This document shows, one piece after another, positions 47,452 to 56,112 of a DNA stretch of 64,000 bases. The DNA lies in NCBI GenBank assembly GCA_044222475.1, contig JBGANF010000023.1, positions 1-64,000 on the forward strand. The letters are read 5' to 3'. Under the pieces are notes generated by a model that worked only from the letters and a program-made list of their open reading frames with translations, had not been told where the DNA came from and made no database searches. This DNA comes from Polyangiaceae bacterium. GTDB lineage: Bacteria > Myxococcota_A > Polyangia > Polyangiales > Polyangiaceae. Position 1 is the stretch's first letter, and every line of letters begins with the position of its first letter. The position numbers and the translations under genes were made by a program.

Positions 47452-48330
47452 ATGACCGCTTCGAAGATCATCCTCATCACTGGCGCAACGGCAGGCATCG
47501 GGCGCGCGACCGCGCTCCGCTTGGCACGAGCAGGCCACCGGGTGTTCGCCACCGGCCGGCGCGCACACGCGCTCGACGCGCTCGCGAAGGAAGCGGCCGG
47601 CACGAAGCTCGAGACGCTGGTCCTCGACGTGACGAAGCCCGAGTCGATCGCTGCCGCCAAAGCGGAGATCGATCGCCGCACCGACGGTTACGGCGTCGAC
47701 GCGTTGGTGAACAACGCCGGCTTCGGCAAGGTCGGTCCGCTCGAAGAGGTCACCGACGAGTCGTTGCGCGCCCAGTACGAGACGAACGTGTTCGGCCTCA
47801 TGGCGATGACGCGCGCGTTCGTTCCGCAGATGCGCGAGCGGCGCAGCGGCCGCGTGGTCAACGTGTCGAGCGTCGGCGGCAAGGTCACCTTCCCGATGAT
47901 GGGGGCCTACAACTCGACCAAGTACGCGGTCGAGTCACTCTCCGATGCGCTCCGCGTCGAGCTGCGCCCGTTCGGCGTGAAGGTGGTGGTGATCGAGCCG
48001 GGCTCGATCGCGACCGAGTTCTCGGAGGTCGCGATGGGCACGCTCACCGAGACGAACGCATCGCCGTACGCGAGCGCAATCGCCGACGCGGATGCGATGC
48101 GCGCGAAGTTCGACGACACGGCAGTCGGACCGGAGCACATCGCGCGCGCGATCGAGACCGCGGTGACGAGCCGCAGCCCGTCCGCGCGCTACGTCCGCCC
48201 CTGGCGCACGTACATGCTGCTCGCGATGTTCAGCTGGCTGCCGACGTCGTGGATGGATGCCATCCTCGCGCAGATGAGCGGCCTCACCGCGAAGAAGCTC
48301 GCGCTGCAGCTCCGCCCGGCCAACGCCTGA
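47452..48330 (+). CDS. Short-chain dehydrogenase/reductase
   Basis: TGATAGIG, NNAG, SS, YNSTK; RBS AAGGAG. Confidence 0.95.
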   Translation: MTASKIILITGATAGIGRATALRLARAGHRVFATGRRAHALDALAKEAAGTKLETLVLDVTKPESIAAAKAEIDRRTDGYGVDALVNNAGFGKVGPLEEVTDESLRAQYETNVFGLMAMTRAFVPQMRERRSGRVVNVSSVGGKVTFPMMGAYNSTKYAVESLSDALRVELRPFGVKVVVIEPGSIATEFSEVAMGTLTETNASPYASAIADADAMRAKFDDTAVGPEHIARAIETAVTSRSPSARYVRPWRTYMLLAMFSWLPTSWMDAILAQMSGLTAKKLALQLRPANA

Positions 48331-49191
48331 TCAGAAGCGGCCGGCCCAGCCGAGCGCAGCGCCGTTCGGTAGCGGCGCGACGACGAGACCCGACGTCGCC
48401 GGCGGAGCCTCTTTCTTCCCGACGTTCGCCACGATCGTCGAGATCACCGTGAGCCCCAAGCCCGCGATCCCGAGGCCGAGCGACACGTTCGCCAAGATGA
48501 GCTTGGTGTCGATGGAAGACTGATCCGACGGGTTGCAGAACGGCGCGCACGTCGTTCGGAGCTTGTTCTCGTCCGAGTTCGCCATCACCGCGAAGACTCC
48601 GGTGCCGACGCCGCCCACCACCATCACGGAGAGGCCCACCCAGGCCAGCGCGGGAAAGCGGAAACCTCCTCCGCCGCTGGCCGGAGGCGGCGTGATGATC
48701 GGCGGCGGGGTGCCGGGGCCGACCGGCGCCGCCGGGCCTTTGAACGTCAGCTCGATGATGCGATCCTTCTCGGCGGGCCGGAGGAGGAACGTCTCTTCGA
48801 CCGAGGTCCCATCCGCGCGGTTGAAGCGGATCTTGTGGCTGCCGGGATCCGCCGCCGTCGCCTTCGGCGTGATGCCTCCGATCGGCTGACCGTCGATCTC
48901 GACCTGAACGTCGAAGATCTCCTTCCCCGAGGCGTCCTTCGCGCGGAACGCGATGGTGGGGGTGTCGTGATCGACCTCGCCCACCCAGTCCGCGCACTGC
49001 TTCGAAATCGCGGCCGGACAAGCCTTGTCGGCGCACGTGATGAACTTGTCGCGCGCGTCCTTGAGCTTCCCGTCGTCACGGAGCTTCTGCCCATCGTCGG
49101 CCGCGGAGATGCACGCCTTGCGATCGATCGCGATGGCGCTGCCGGAAACGAGGGTGACGGCCAGGAGCGGCGCCAAGGCCCACGCACGCAT
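48331..49191 (-). CDS. Exported Cys-containing helical + PEGA-like protein with C-terminal hydrophobic hairpin
   Basis: Signal peptide; CISAADDGQKLR...CADKACP...QC helical domain; ADPGSHKIRF PEGA-like; ends LGWAGRF; TGATG overlap with the kinase. Confidence 0.8.
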   Translation of the reverse strand: MRAWALAPLLAVTLVSGSAIAIDRKACISAADDGQKLRDDGKLKDARDKFITCADKACPAAISKQCADWVGEVDHDTPTIAFRAKDASGKEIFDVQVEIDGQPIGGITPKATAADPGSHKIRFNRADGTSVEETFLLRPAEKDRIIELTFKGPAAPVGPGTPPPIITPPPASGGGGFRFPALAWVGLSVMVVGGVGTGVFAVMANSDENKLRTTCAPFCNPSDQSSIDTKLILANVSLGLGIAGLGLTVISTIVANVGKKEAPPATSGLVVAPLPNGAALGWAGRF

Positions 49192-50663
49192 CAGTTGCAC
49201 TCCGGGATGAAGTGTTTGTGCCCCTGCTTGTCGATCGTCCAGGGCGGGTTGCAGTTGATCGTCGGCTTCGTCACGGCGGCCGCCGTCGGCTTCGTCGTCG
49301 CGGCGGCAGTCGCAGTCGCAGTCGCCGTCGCGGTGGCCGTCGCGGTCGTGGTCGGCACGACGGCTGCGGCGGTGGTCGCGGTCGTGGTGCCGGTCGTGGT
49401 CGGAGGCGCAGTCGACGTCGCGGTCGGTTTGCTCGAGGGCACGTCGGCGGCGACCGCCGCGGTGGTGGCGCCGCCGCCCCTCGTACCAAGGAGGTACGCG
49501 ATGACGATCGCTGCACCGATCAGCAAGAGTCCGGCGGCGGCGAGCGCCCCCACCATGCCTCGCGACGCCTTCGCCGGAGGTCGATCACTGCTGCTGCGGC
49601 GCGACGTCGTCGGCTGAACGCGCGACGAAGACGCTTCGGACGGAGACGGGACGGACGGCGGGACGCCGGTGATGGACGTCGAGCTTTCGATCTCGGCCAC
49701 CTTCTTCGCCCGCGCATCGAGGTTCGCGAGCGCGAGCCGCTCCACCCAAGCGCCGACCTCGGCGTTCGAGGCGGGAGCGATCACGCGCTCGAGCTCGAAC
49801 GCCATCTCGCGCGCGGTGGGGAAGCGATGGAGAGGATCCGCCGCGGTCGCCCGCCGACAGATCGCGTCGAACGGCTCGAGCTCCTCGGCGATCTCTCCTG
49901 GAACGCGGATGTCGTTCTTGAGGATGCGCGAGATCGCCGCGGTGTCGTCCTCGCCAGCGAACATGCGGATGCCGGTGAGCGCTTCGAACAGGAGGACGCC
50001 GGCAGCGTAGATGTCGGCCGTTCGCGTGACGGGCTGGGCCGCGAGCTGCTCCGGCGGCATGTAGAGGATCTTGCCCTTCACCTGTCCTTCGCGCGTCGTC
50101 TGGAGCCGCCCTTCCGCGCGAGCGACACCGAAGTCGAGCACGCGGGCGGTCCCATCGACGCCGACCAGCACGTTCTGCGGCGACATGTCGCGATGGACGA
50201 GGCCGAGCGGACGCCCCTTCTCGTCGATCGCTTCGTGCGCCGCGTGAAGTCCTTGGAGCGCGCCCGAGACGATCGAGACGACGATCCGCGGGGGAAGCCT
50301 CGTCTTCTGATCACGCGCTGCGCGTACGAGACGGCTCAGCGATTCGCCGCGGACGTACTCCATGACCAACAACAGCTCGTGCTCGCTCTGGAGAACGTCG
50401 AGTGTCTGAACGACGTTCGGATGCTGCACGCGAGCCGCGAGTCGCGCCTCGTCGAGGAACATCGCGGTGAAGTCGGGATCGTCGGCGAACTGCGGGTGCA
50501 GTCGCTTGATGGCGACGGTGCGCGAGAAGCCGACCGGCCCCATGAGGCGGCCGAGGTGGACCTTCGCCATTCCTCCCGAAGCGATCGCATCGAAGATCGC
50601 ATAGCGCCCAATCACCAGGGGGGTAGCCGCGTTCGGACCAGACGGTTTTTCGGCCGGCTGCAT
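49191..50663 (-). CDS. Membrane-anchored Hanks-type Ser/Thr protein kinase
   Basis: IASGGMAKV, AIKRL, HRDMSPQN, DFG, YMPPE; TM; Thr/Ala stalk; Cys-bracketed tail. Confidence 0.97.
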   Translation of the reverse strand: MQPAEKPSGPNAATPLVIGRYAIFDAIASGGMAKVHLGRLMGPVGFSRTVAIKRLHPQFADDPDFTAMFLDEARLAARVQHPNVVQTLDVLQSEHELLLVMEYVRGESLSRLVRAARDQKTRLPPRIVVSIVSGALQGLHAAHEAIDEKGRPLGLVHRDMSPQNVLVGVDGTARVLDFGVARAEGRLQTTREGQVKGKILYMPPEQLAAQPVTRTADIYAAGVLLFEALTGIRMFAGEDDTAAISRILKNDIRVPGEIAEELEPFDAICRRATAADPLHRFPTAREMAFELERVIAPASNAEVGAWVERLALANLDARAKKVAEIESSTSITGVPPSVPSPSEASSSRVQPTTSRRSSSDRPPAKASRGMVGALAAAGLLLIGAAIVIAYLLGTRGGGATTAAVAADVPSSKPTATSTAPPTTTGTTTATTAAAVVPTTTATATATATATATAAATTKPTAAAVTKPTINCNPPWTIDKQGHKHFIPECN

Positions 50664-50831
50664 GATCTATCAGCGTACCGCGAAACACTCTCCTCTTTCA
50701 AAGACTGAACGCGCTCGCACGTCTCCCACGTCTCCCACGCGCGCACACAGCGGCTCCATCACTCGGTCCACTCGGCCCAGCCGGCTCGCGTGATCGCCTC
50801 GCTGGCCCGCCGATGCGGTACACTGGTTTGG

Positions 50832-53135
50832 ATGCGCTTTCCTAGACTGACGGGCATCGGCCGCGCGACGGGTGCGGCCCTGGTTCTTGCACCGCTCACC
50901 CTCGTCGCTCTCTTCGCGCCGAGCGCTTGCATGTTCGGGGTCAGCTACGACGGCCTCTTCGCGGACGCGGGCTTCGCGGGCGAAGGCGGCGTCGACGGCG
51001 GGCCCCCTCCGGCGAGGGCACTCTCCGTGGCCAACGGCGATGGCTTCTCTTGCGCGCTGCGCGTCGACGGCACGGTCACGTGCTGGGGCTACAACGGCGG
51101 CGATGGTCGGCTGGGCAACGCGACGGACATCTCGTCGAGCACGCCGACGCTCGTCAAAGACGTGACTGACGGCGCGGCGCTCGCGGTCGGCGGGGCGCAC
51201 GCATGTGTCGTTCGCAAGAGCGGCGTCGTGTCGTGCTGGGGTCGCAACGAGTACGGTGGCCTCGGCGACGGGACGACGAACCCTTCGCGCTTCCCAGTCG
51301 CGGTCGTCAACCTCGCCGACGCGACCCAGGTCGCGCTCGGCTATCACTTCAGCTGCGCGATCCGCAAGGACGCCACGGTGGTCTGTTGGGGAGCGAACGG
51401 CTCCGGTCAGCTCGGCGACGGTACGACGGCGGATCACCGCCAGCCGCTCCCGGTGCAAGGGCTGACGGACGTGACACAGATCGCGGCGATGGAGCGCTCT
51501 GCGTGCGCCCTCGTGAAGTCGGGCGACGTGTATTGCTGGGGGCGCAACGGCGCGGGCCAAGTTGGGGACGGAACCAACGACGACGCTCCGACTCCGAAGA
51601 AGGTCACCGGTCTCAGCGGCGTGACCTCCATCGGCGCGGGCGCCAACGCGAACCACATCTGCGCGGTGATCGGGGCGGGCGACGTGCGTTGCTGGGGGCT
51701 CGGCGACAACGGCGCGCTCGGCAACGGTAGCTCCGGCAGCTCGAACAAGCCGGTGATCGTCGCGCTCGTCAACGATGCGATCCAGGTGTCCACCGGCTAC
51801 GTCACGTCGTGCGCGGTGAAGAAGAACGGAACGGCCACCTGTTGGGGCTGGAACGGATGGCGACAAATCGGCATCGGTGACAACGCACCGCCGGGCCAGC
51901 TCAGCACGCCGGTGCCGGTGATGAACCTCACGGATCTGAAACAGATCTCCAACGGCGGCGATCACATGTGCGCGGTCACGACGAACGGCCGCATCTCGTG
52001 CTGGGGCTCCGACGTCGACGGTCGATTGGGCCGCGGCACGCGGATCATGTCGGCCGAGCCCGTCCAACTCGTCGGGGTCACGGGGATCACGTCGCTCGCG
52101 CTCGGCAATGCGCACGGCTGCGCGGTCAGCGGCGGATCCCTCTCCTGCTGGGGCGCCAACTGGGACAGCCAGCTCACCGACGACAACAACATCGCCGCGA
52201 GCGGCACGCCGCTCAAGATCCCTTCCCTGTCCAGCGTGGCGACGGCGGGCGCCGGAAACGATCACGCGTGCGTCGTCCTCGGCGACGGTACGGTGAAGTG
52301 CTGGGGCTACGGCTACTACGGCGATCTCGGACAGGGAAAGAACAACGGCGAAGGCATGCCGGTCACGTTCGGCGCCGGCCCCGCGAAGGCGGTCGTCGGC
52401 GGCTATCACTTCACGTGCGCGCTCCTTCAGTCCGGGGAGGTCGCTTGCTCCGGCTTGAACGACAACGCCCGGCTCGGCCATCCGGGGGGCAACACCAACA
52501 CGCCGGCACGGGTCGAGATCGATCAGACTCCGACCTACCTCACCGGCGTGACCACGCTCGCGGCCGGGTACTCTCACGGCTGCGCCATCACCGGTGGCGG
52601 GGACCTGTACTGCTGGGGAGCGAGCGGCTACGGCCAATGCGGCGTCGACGCCAACGAGACTCCGCCCATCCAGGTGAATCTCTCGGGCGCGAAAGTGAAG
52701 CTGGTCACCGCCGGCTATGCCCACACCTGCGTCGTCCTCGCCGACGATACGATGCGGTGTTGGGGAGCGAACGGCGACGGGCAGCTCACTGGCTCCGGTG
52801 ACGGCATCACGCCCAAGACTCCCTCGCTCGCCAAGCCCGCGACGTCCATCGCCGCCGGTGGCTCGCACACTTGCGCCGCGCTCAACGACGGAACGGTCTG
52901 GTGTTGGGGCAACGCCCGGCTCGGGCAGCTCGGCAACGGCAGCACGATCGGTGCGTCAGCGCCCGTCCAGGTGAAGGGCATCACGACTGCGGTGTCGGTC
53001 CACGCACACGACGACTCCACCTGCGCGGTGCTCCAAGACGGTACGGCGATGTGCTGGGGCGAGAACCCGGTGGGTGAGCTCGGCGAGGGAAGCGTGTTCA
53101 CGACCGGCGTCCCGGGCTTCGTCGTCGGGTACTAG
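50832..53135 (+). CDS. RCC1-repeat (double beta-propeller) lipoprotein
   Basis: PSAC lipobox; about 14 repeats of H/F.CA...G.V.CWG.N..GQLG.G. Confidence 0.92.
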   Translation: MRFPRLTGIGRATGAALVLAPLTLVALFAPSACMFGVSYDGLFADAGFAGEGGVDGGPPPARALSVANGDGFSCALRVDGTVTCWGYNGGDGRLGNATDISSSTPTLVKDVTDGAALAVGGAHACVVRKSGVVSCWGRNEYGGLGDGTTNPSRFPVAVVNLADATQVALGYHFSCAIRKDATVVCWGANGSGQLGDGTTADHRQPLPVQGLTDVTQIAAMERSACALVKSGDVYCWGRNGAGQVGDGTNDDAPTPKKVTGLSGVTSIGAGANANHICAVIGAGDVRCWGLGDNGALGNGSSGSSNKPVIVALVNDAIQVSTGYVTSCAVKKNGTATCWGWNGWRQIGIGDNAPPGQLSTPVPVMNLTDLKQISNGGDHMCAVTTNGRISCWGSDVDGRLGRGTRIMSAEPVQLVGVTGITSLALGNAHGCAVSGGSLSCWGANWDSQLTDDNNIAASGTPLKIPSLSSVATAGAGNDHACVVLGDGTVKCWGYGYYGDLGQGKNNGEGMPVTFGAGPAKAVVGGYHFTCALLQSGEVACSGLNDNARLGHPGGNTNTPARVEIDQTPTYLTGVTTLAAGYSHGCAITGGGDLYCWGASGYGQCGVDANETPPIQVNLSGAKVKLVTAGYAHTCVVLADDTMRCWGANGDGQLTGSGDGITPKTPSLAKPATSIAAGGSHTCAALNDGTVWCWGNARLGQLGNGSTIGASAPVQVKGITTAVSVHAHDDSTCAVLQDGTAMCWGENPVGELGEGSVFTTGVPGFVVGY

Positions 53136-53145
53136 CGGACGAGCT

Positions 53146-53826
53146 TCAGGCCGCGTCCCACTGCGCCATCGACCACGGCTCCTTGTTCGCCTCCGCCTCC
53201 CACTCACGGAAAGCGGGGTCGTCGAGGAGCGTCGCGGCGTATGCCTTGGCTTCCCGGTCCGCGAGCTCCACGCCGTAGGTGCGGAAACGCGTCGCCACCG
53301 GGGTGAAGAACGCGTCGACGATGCCGCGCCGCATCCCAAAAAGGTACGGACCGCCGGCGCCAAACCGCCGGCGGAGGGTCGACCAGATCGCCTCGACGCG
53401 ACGGATCTCACGAAGCACGTCCTCGCCGAAGGTGCGCGGCTCGGCCCGACGCCGAATGTTGCACGGGAGCTTGCCTCGCAACCCGCCGAACCCCGAGTGC
53501 ATCTCGCAGGTCGCGGACCGTGCGAGCGCTCGAGCGATCGGTTCGGCGGGCCACAGTCCGGCTTCGGGTGCCTGCTCGGCGGCCCACTCGGAGATCGCGA
53601 GCGAGTCCGTGACCACGTCTTCGGGGCCCGACGGCAGGTGAAGCGCCGGCACCGTGCCCGACGGGGACACCGCGAGCACCGAAGGCATGGCGCGCTTCGC
53701 GTACCCTTCACCACCGAGCGGCACGACGCGTACCTCGTGGTCGATCCCGGCCCACTCGAGGACGAGCCACGGCCGCAGCGACCACGACGAGTAGTTCCGG
53801 TTCCCGACGTAGAGGATGGGCTTCAT
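53146..53826 (-). CDS. Glutathione S-transferase family protein
   Basis: GNRNYSSWSLRPWL, VP.L, DSLAI.E, EMHSGF, YLFG..IVDAFF.PV. Confidence 0.93.
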   Translation of the reverse strand: MKPILYVGNRNYSSWSLRPWLVLEWAGIDHEVRVVPLGGEGYAKRAMPSVLAVSPSGTVPALHLPSGPEDVVTDSLAISEWAAEQAPEAGLWPAEPIARALARSATCEMHSGFGGLRGKLPCNIRRRAEPRTFGEDVLREIRRVEAIWSTLRRRFGAGGPYLFGMRRGIVDAFFTPVATRFRTYGVELADREAKAYAATLLDDPAFREWEAEANKEPWSMAQWDAA

Positions 53827-53866
53827 CGTTCCTCGCGGATACACTGCCGAGTGGAGGCTTTGCAAC

Positions 53867-55258
53867 ATGACCAAAGCACGGGTGACGGCGCTCACGGTCT
53901 TGGCTGCGCTCGGAGTCGTGGCCGCGTGCGCGACCTCGGCGACGTCGACCGGGCCGAGTTGCACCGGCAACGAGACGGCGTGCGGTGGTCGTTGCATCAC
54001 GCTGACCAACGATCCGGCGAACTGCGGGGCATGCGGCACGAAGTGCGCGTCGACCGAGGTCTGCTCGGCGGGGAAGTGCTCCGGCTCGTGCAACGCCGGC
54101 TTCACGGCGTGCAGCGGCTCCTGCGTCGACGTGAAGACCGACAAGGCCAACTGCGGAAGCTGCGGAAAGGCGTGTACCGGCAGCGAGACGTGCTCCCAAG
54201 GGAAGTGCGGCACCGGAGGCGGCGGCTGCGAGGGCGGCACCGTTTCGTGCGGCAACTCCTGCGTCGACACCGCGACCGACAGCGCCAACTGCGGTCAGTG
54301 CGGCAACGCGTGCTCGCCGGGCCTGGTGTGCATCGCCAGCAAATGTGCGTGCACGGGCGGGCTCACCGTATGTCCCAAAGTGGTACCGTCGGGCGACGGT
54401 GGCGCGGAAGGCGGAGTCAGCGACGCCTCGAGCGACGGCGGGGCGACGCAGATCTGCGCCGACCTCAAGACCGACAACGCCAACTGCGGCGCTTGTGGCA
54501 ACGCCTGCATGAACGGCGCGCAGTGCAAGATCGGCGATGGCGGGACACCGTTCTGCTACTCGCCGTGCGGCGACGGCGTCCTCGGCGGGTCGGAACAGTG
54601 CGACGACGGAAACTCGATCGACAACGACGGGTGCAGCAACACGTGCACCTTCGGCACGATCACCGTCGCCGGCAATCAGCGCGCGTGGGTGAAGAACGCG
54701 CTCACCGCGCTCGGGGCGACCTTCACCGAGTACACCACGAACCAATGGGCGCCGGCGGGCGGAGGCGGCATCCTGATCGAGAGCAACGACGGCGGAACCG
54801 CCCCGTCCGACTACGCGACCAACATTGCAGCCGGCACGCACGTCCTCAGCGTCGGTGGGAGCGCGACCGCGGGGTGGGGCAACAACGTGAACCAGTTCGT
54901 CACGACCGACAACACGGCGTCGTGGCACACGCTCGGCTGCTCGCCGCACTGGACGAAGGGCGCGTCGCATCCGATCACCCAGTTCCTCCCGGCGACGTAC
55001 GTCTTCCCGAACGTGAGCGTGAGCTACCACATGCACCACCTCGCGAACGCGCAGCCGGTGGGCGCGCAGCTGCTCGGTACCGTGTGCGACAGCCCCGGCG
55101 CGAACGGTGTCATGGCCGTGCGGCTCGCGAACAGCAAGGGCACGTTCACCGATCTCGCGTTCGACGCTACCGGGTCCTTCGCGGACTCGGCAGCGGAGAC
55201 GGCGTTCATGCAGCCGTTCATGAAGGGCTACCTCGCGTTCGTCCGCGGGCCGCACTAG
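53867..55258 (+). CDS. Myxobacterial Cys-rich repeat lipoprotein with C-terminal globular domain
   Basis: VAAC lipobox; four D..NCG.CG..C repeats; CGDG....EQCDDGN....DGC (DUF4215-like) repeat. Confidence 0.85.
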   Translation: MTKARVTALTVLAALGVVAACATSATSTGPSCTGNETACGGRCITLTNDPANCGACGTKCASTEVCSAGKCSGSCNAGFTACSGSCVDVKTDKANCGSCGKACTGSETCSQGKCGTGGGGCEGGTVSCGNSCVDTATDSANCGQCGNACSPGLVCIASKCACTGGLTVCPKVVPSGDGGAEGGVSDASSDGGATQICADLKTDNANCGACGNACMNGAQCKIGDGGTPFCYSPCGDGVLGGSEQCDDGNSIDNDGCSNTCTFGTITVAGNQRAWVKNALTALGATFTEYTTNQWAPAGGGGILIESNDGGTAPSDYATNIAAGTHVLSVGGSATAGWGNNVNQFVTTDNTASWHTLGCSPHWTKGASHPITQFLPATYVFPNVSVSYHMHHLANAQPVGAQLLGTVCDSPGANGVMAVRLANSKGTFTDLAFDATGSFADSAAETAFMQPFMKGYLAFVRGPH

Positions 55259-55267
55259 CCTGAGGCG

Positions 55268-56095
55268 GTGCGCCGCTCGATCTTCAGCCTCGTCGTGCTG
55301 CTCGCGTGCACGAAAGACCGGGGTCCGACTCCGAGCGTGCCCGAAGATCACGAAGCGCCCCCGATGGCGTCGGCGGTGCCGAGCGCGAGCGCGAGCGCAA
55401 TCCCCGAGCCGCCGATCGACGAGGGCTTCTTCGAGGCGGGGCCCATCGGCTCGGCGACCGCGATCACCCGCCCGGGAGCGCCGACGGTGCGCTACGCCGC
55501 CCTCGACCAGGCGACCTGCGAGGCCGAGCTCGGCAAGCGCGCGGTCGCGTTCGTGCGCGCGGCGCCGACGGCGGGCGTGCGCGCGCCGGTGCGGCTCCGC
55601 GGTCCGCTGCACGGTGTGTCGATTCACTCGGCGCTGCCAGCGGCGCAGATCCTGACGTCCGAGATCGAGATCTTCGACTGTCGCCTGGTGCTGGCGTTGG
55701 ACGACTTCACCGCGATGATCGCGAAGCACGACGTGGTCGAGATGATCCACCTCTCGGCGTACCGATCGCAGAAGAACGGCGGCTGCACGCCGAAGTACGC
55801 GGGCAAACAGCACTGCGCAGGGCTCGCGCTCGACGTGGGGACGTACAAGAAGAAGGACGGCTCGACGCTCGACGTGAAACGCGACTTCAGCGGCAAGATC
55901 GGGATCGCGACGTGCGGCCCGGGGACGCACCCGATCAAGCCGAGCCCGGCGGCAAACGAGCTATGGAGCTACGTCTGCGACGCCGCGAGCCGCGGGTACT
56001 TCAACGTCATCTTGACGCCGAATTTCAACCTGCAGCACGAGAACCACATGCATCTCGAGGTGACGCCGGATGCGGAGTGGATGTTGATCCACTAG
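55268..56095 (+). CDS. Extensin-like C-terminal domain lipoprotein (peptidase M15/LAS-like motifs)
   Basis: LLAC lipobox; PVRL, DCRL, QH..GLALDV, LTPNFN..HENHMHLE. Confidence 0.8.
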   Translation: MRRSIFSLVVLLACTKDRGPTPSVPEDHEAPPMASAVPSASASAIPEPPIDEGFFEAGPIGSATAITRPGAPTVRYAALDQATCEAELGKRAVAFVRAAPTAGVRAPVRLRGPLHGVSIHSALPAAQILTSEIEIFDCRLVLALDDFTAMIAKHDVVEMIHLSAYRSQKNGGCTPKYAGKQHCAGLALDVGTYKKKDGSTLDVKRDFSGKIGIATCGPGTHPIKPSPAANELWSYVCDAASRGYFNVILTPNFNLQHENHMHLEVTPDAEWMLIH

Positions 56096-56112
56096 CCGCT
56101 TCCGCTTCCGCT

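Noticed and set aside
50718..50739. Short direct repeat CACGTCTCC in the kinase/RCC1 divergent gap
   Set aside because: Only about two 9-bp units; too little to distinguish an operator from slippage.
53867..55258. TraA-like kin-recognition receptor
   Set aside because: Domain order differs, there is no MYXO-CTERM-like C-terminal anchor, and no adjacent TraB-like OmpA/beta-barrel gene.
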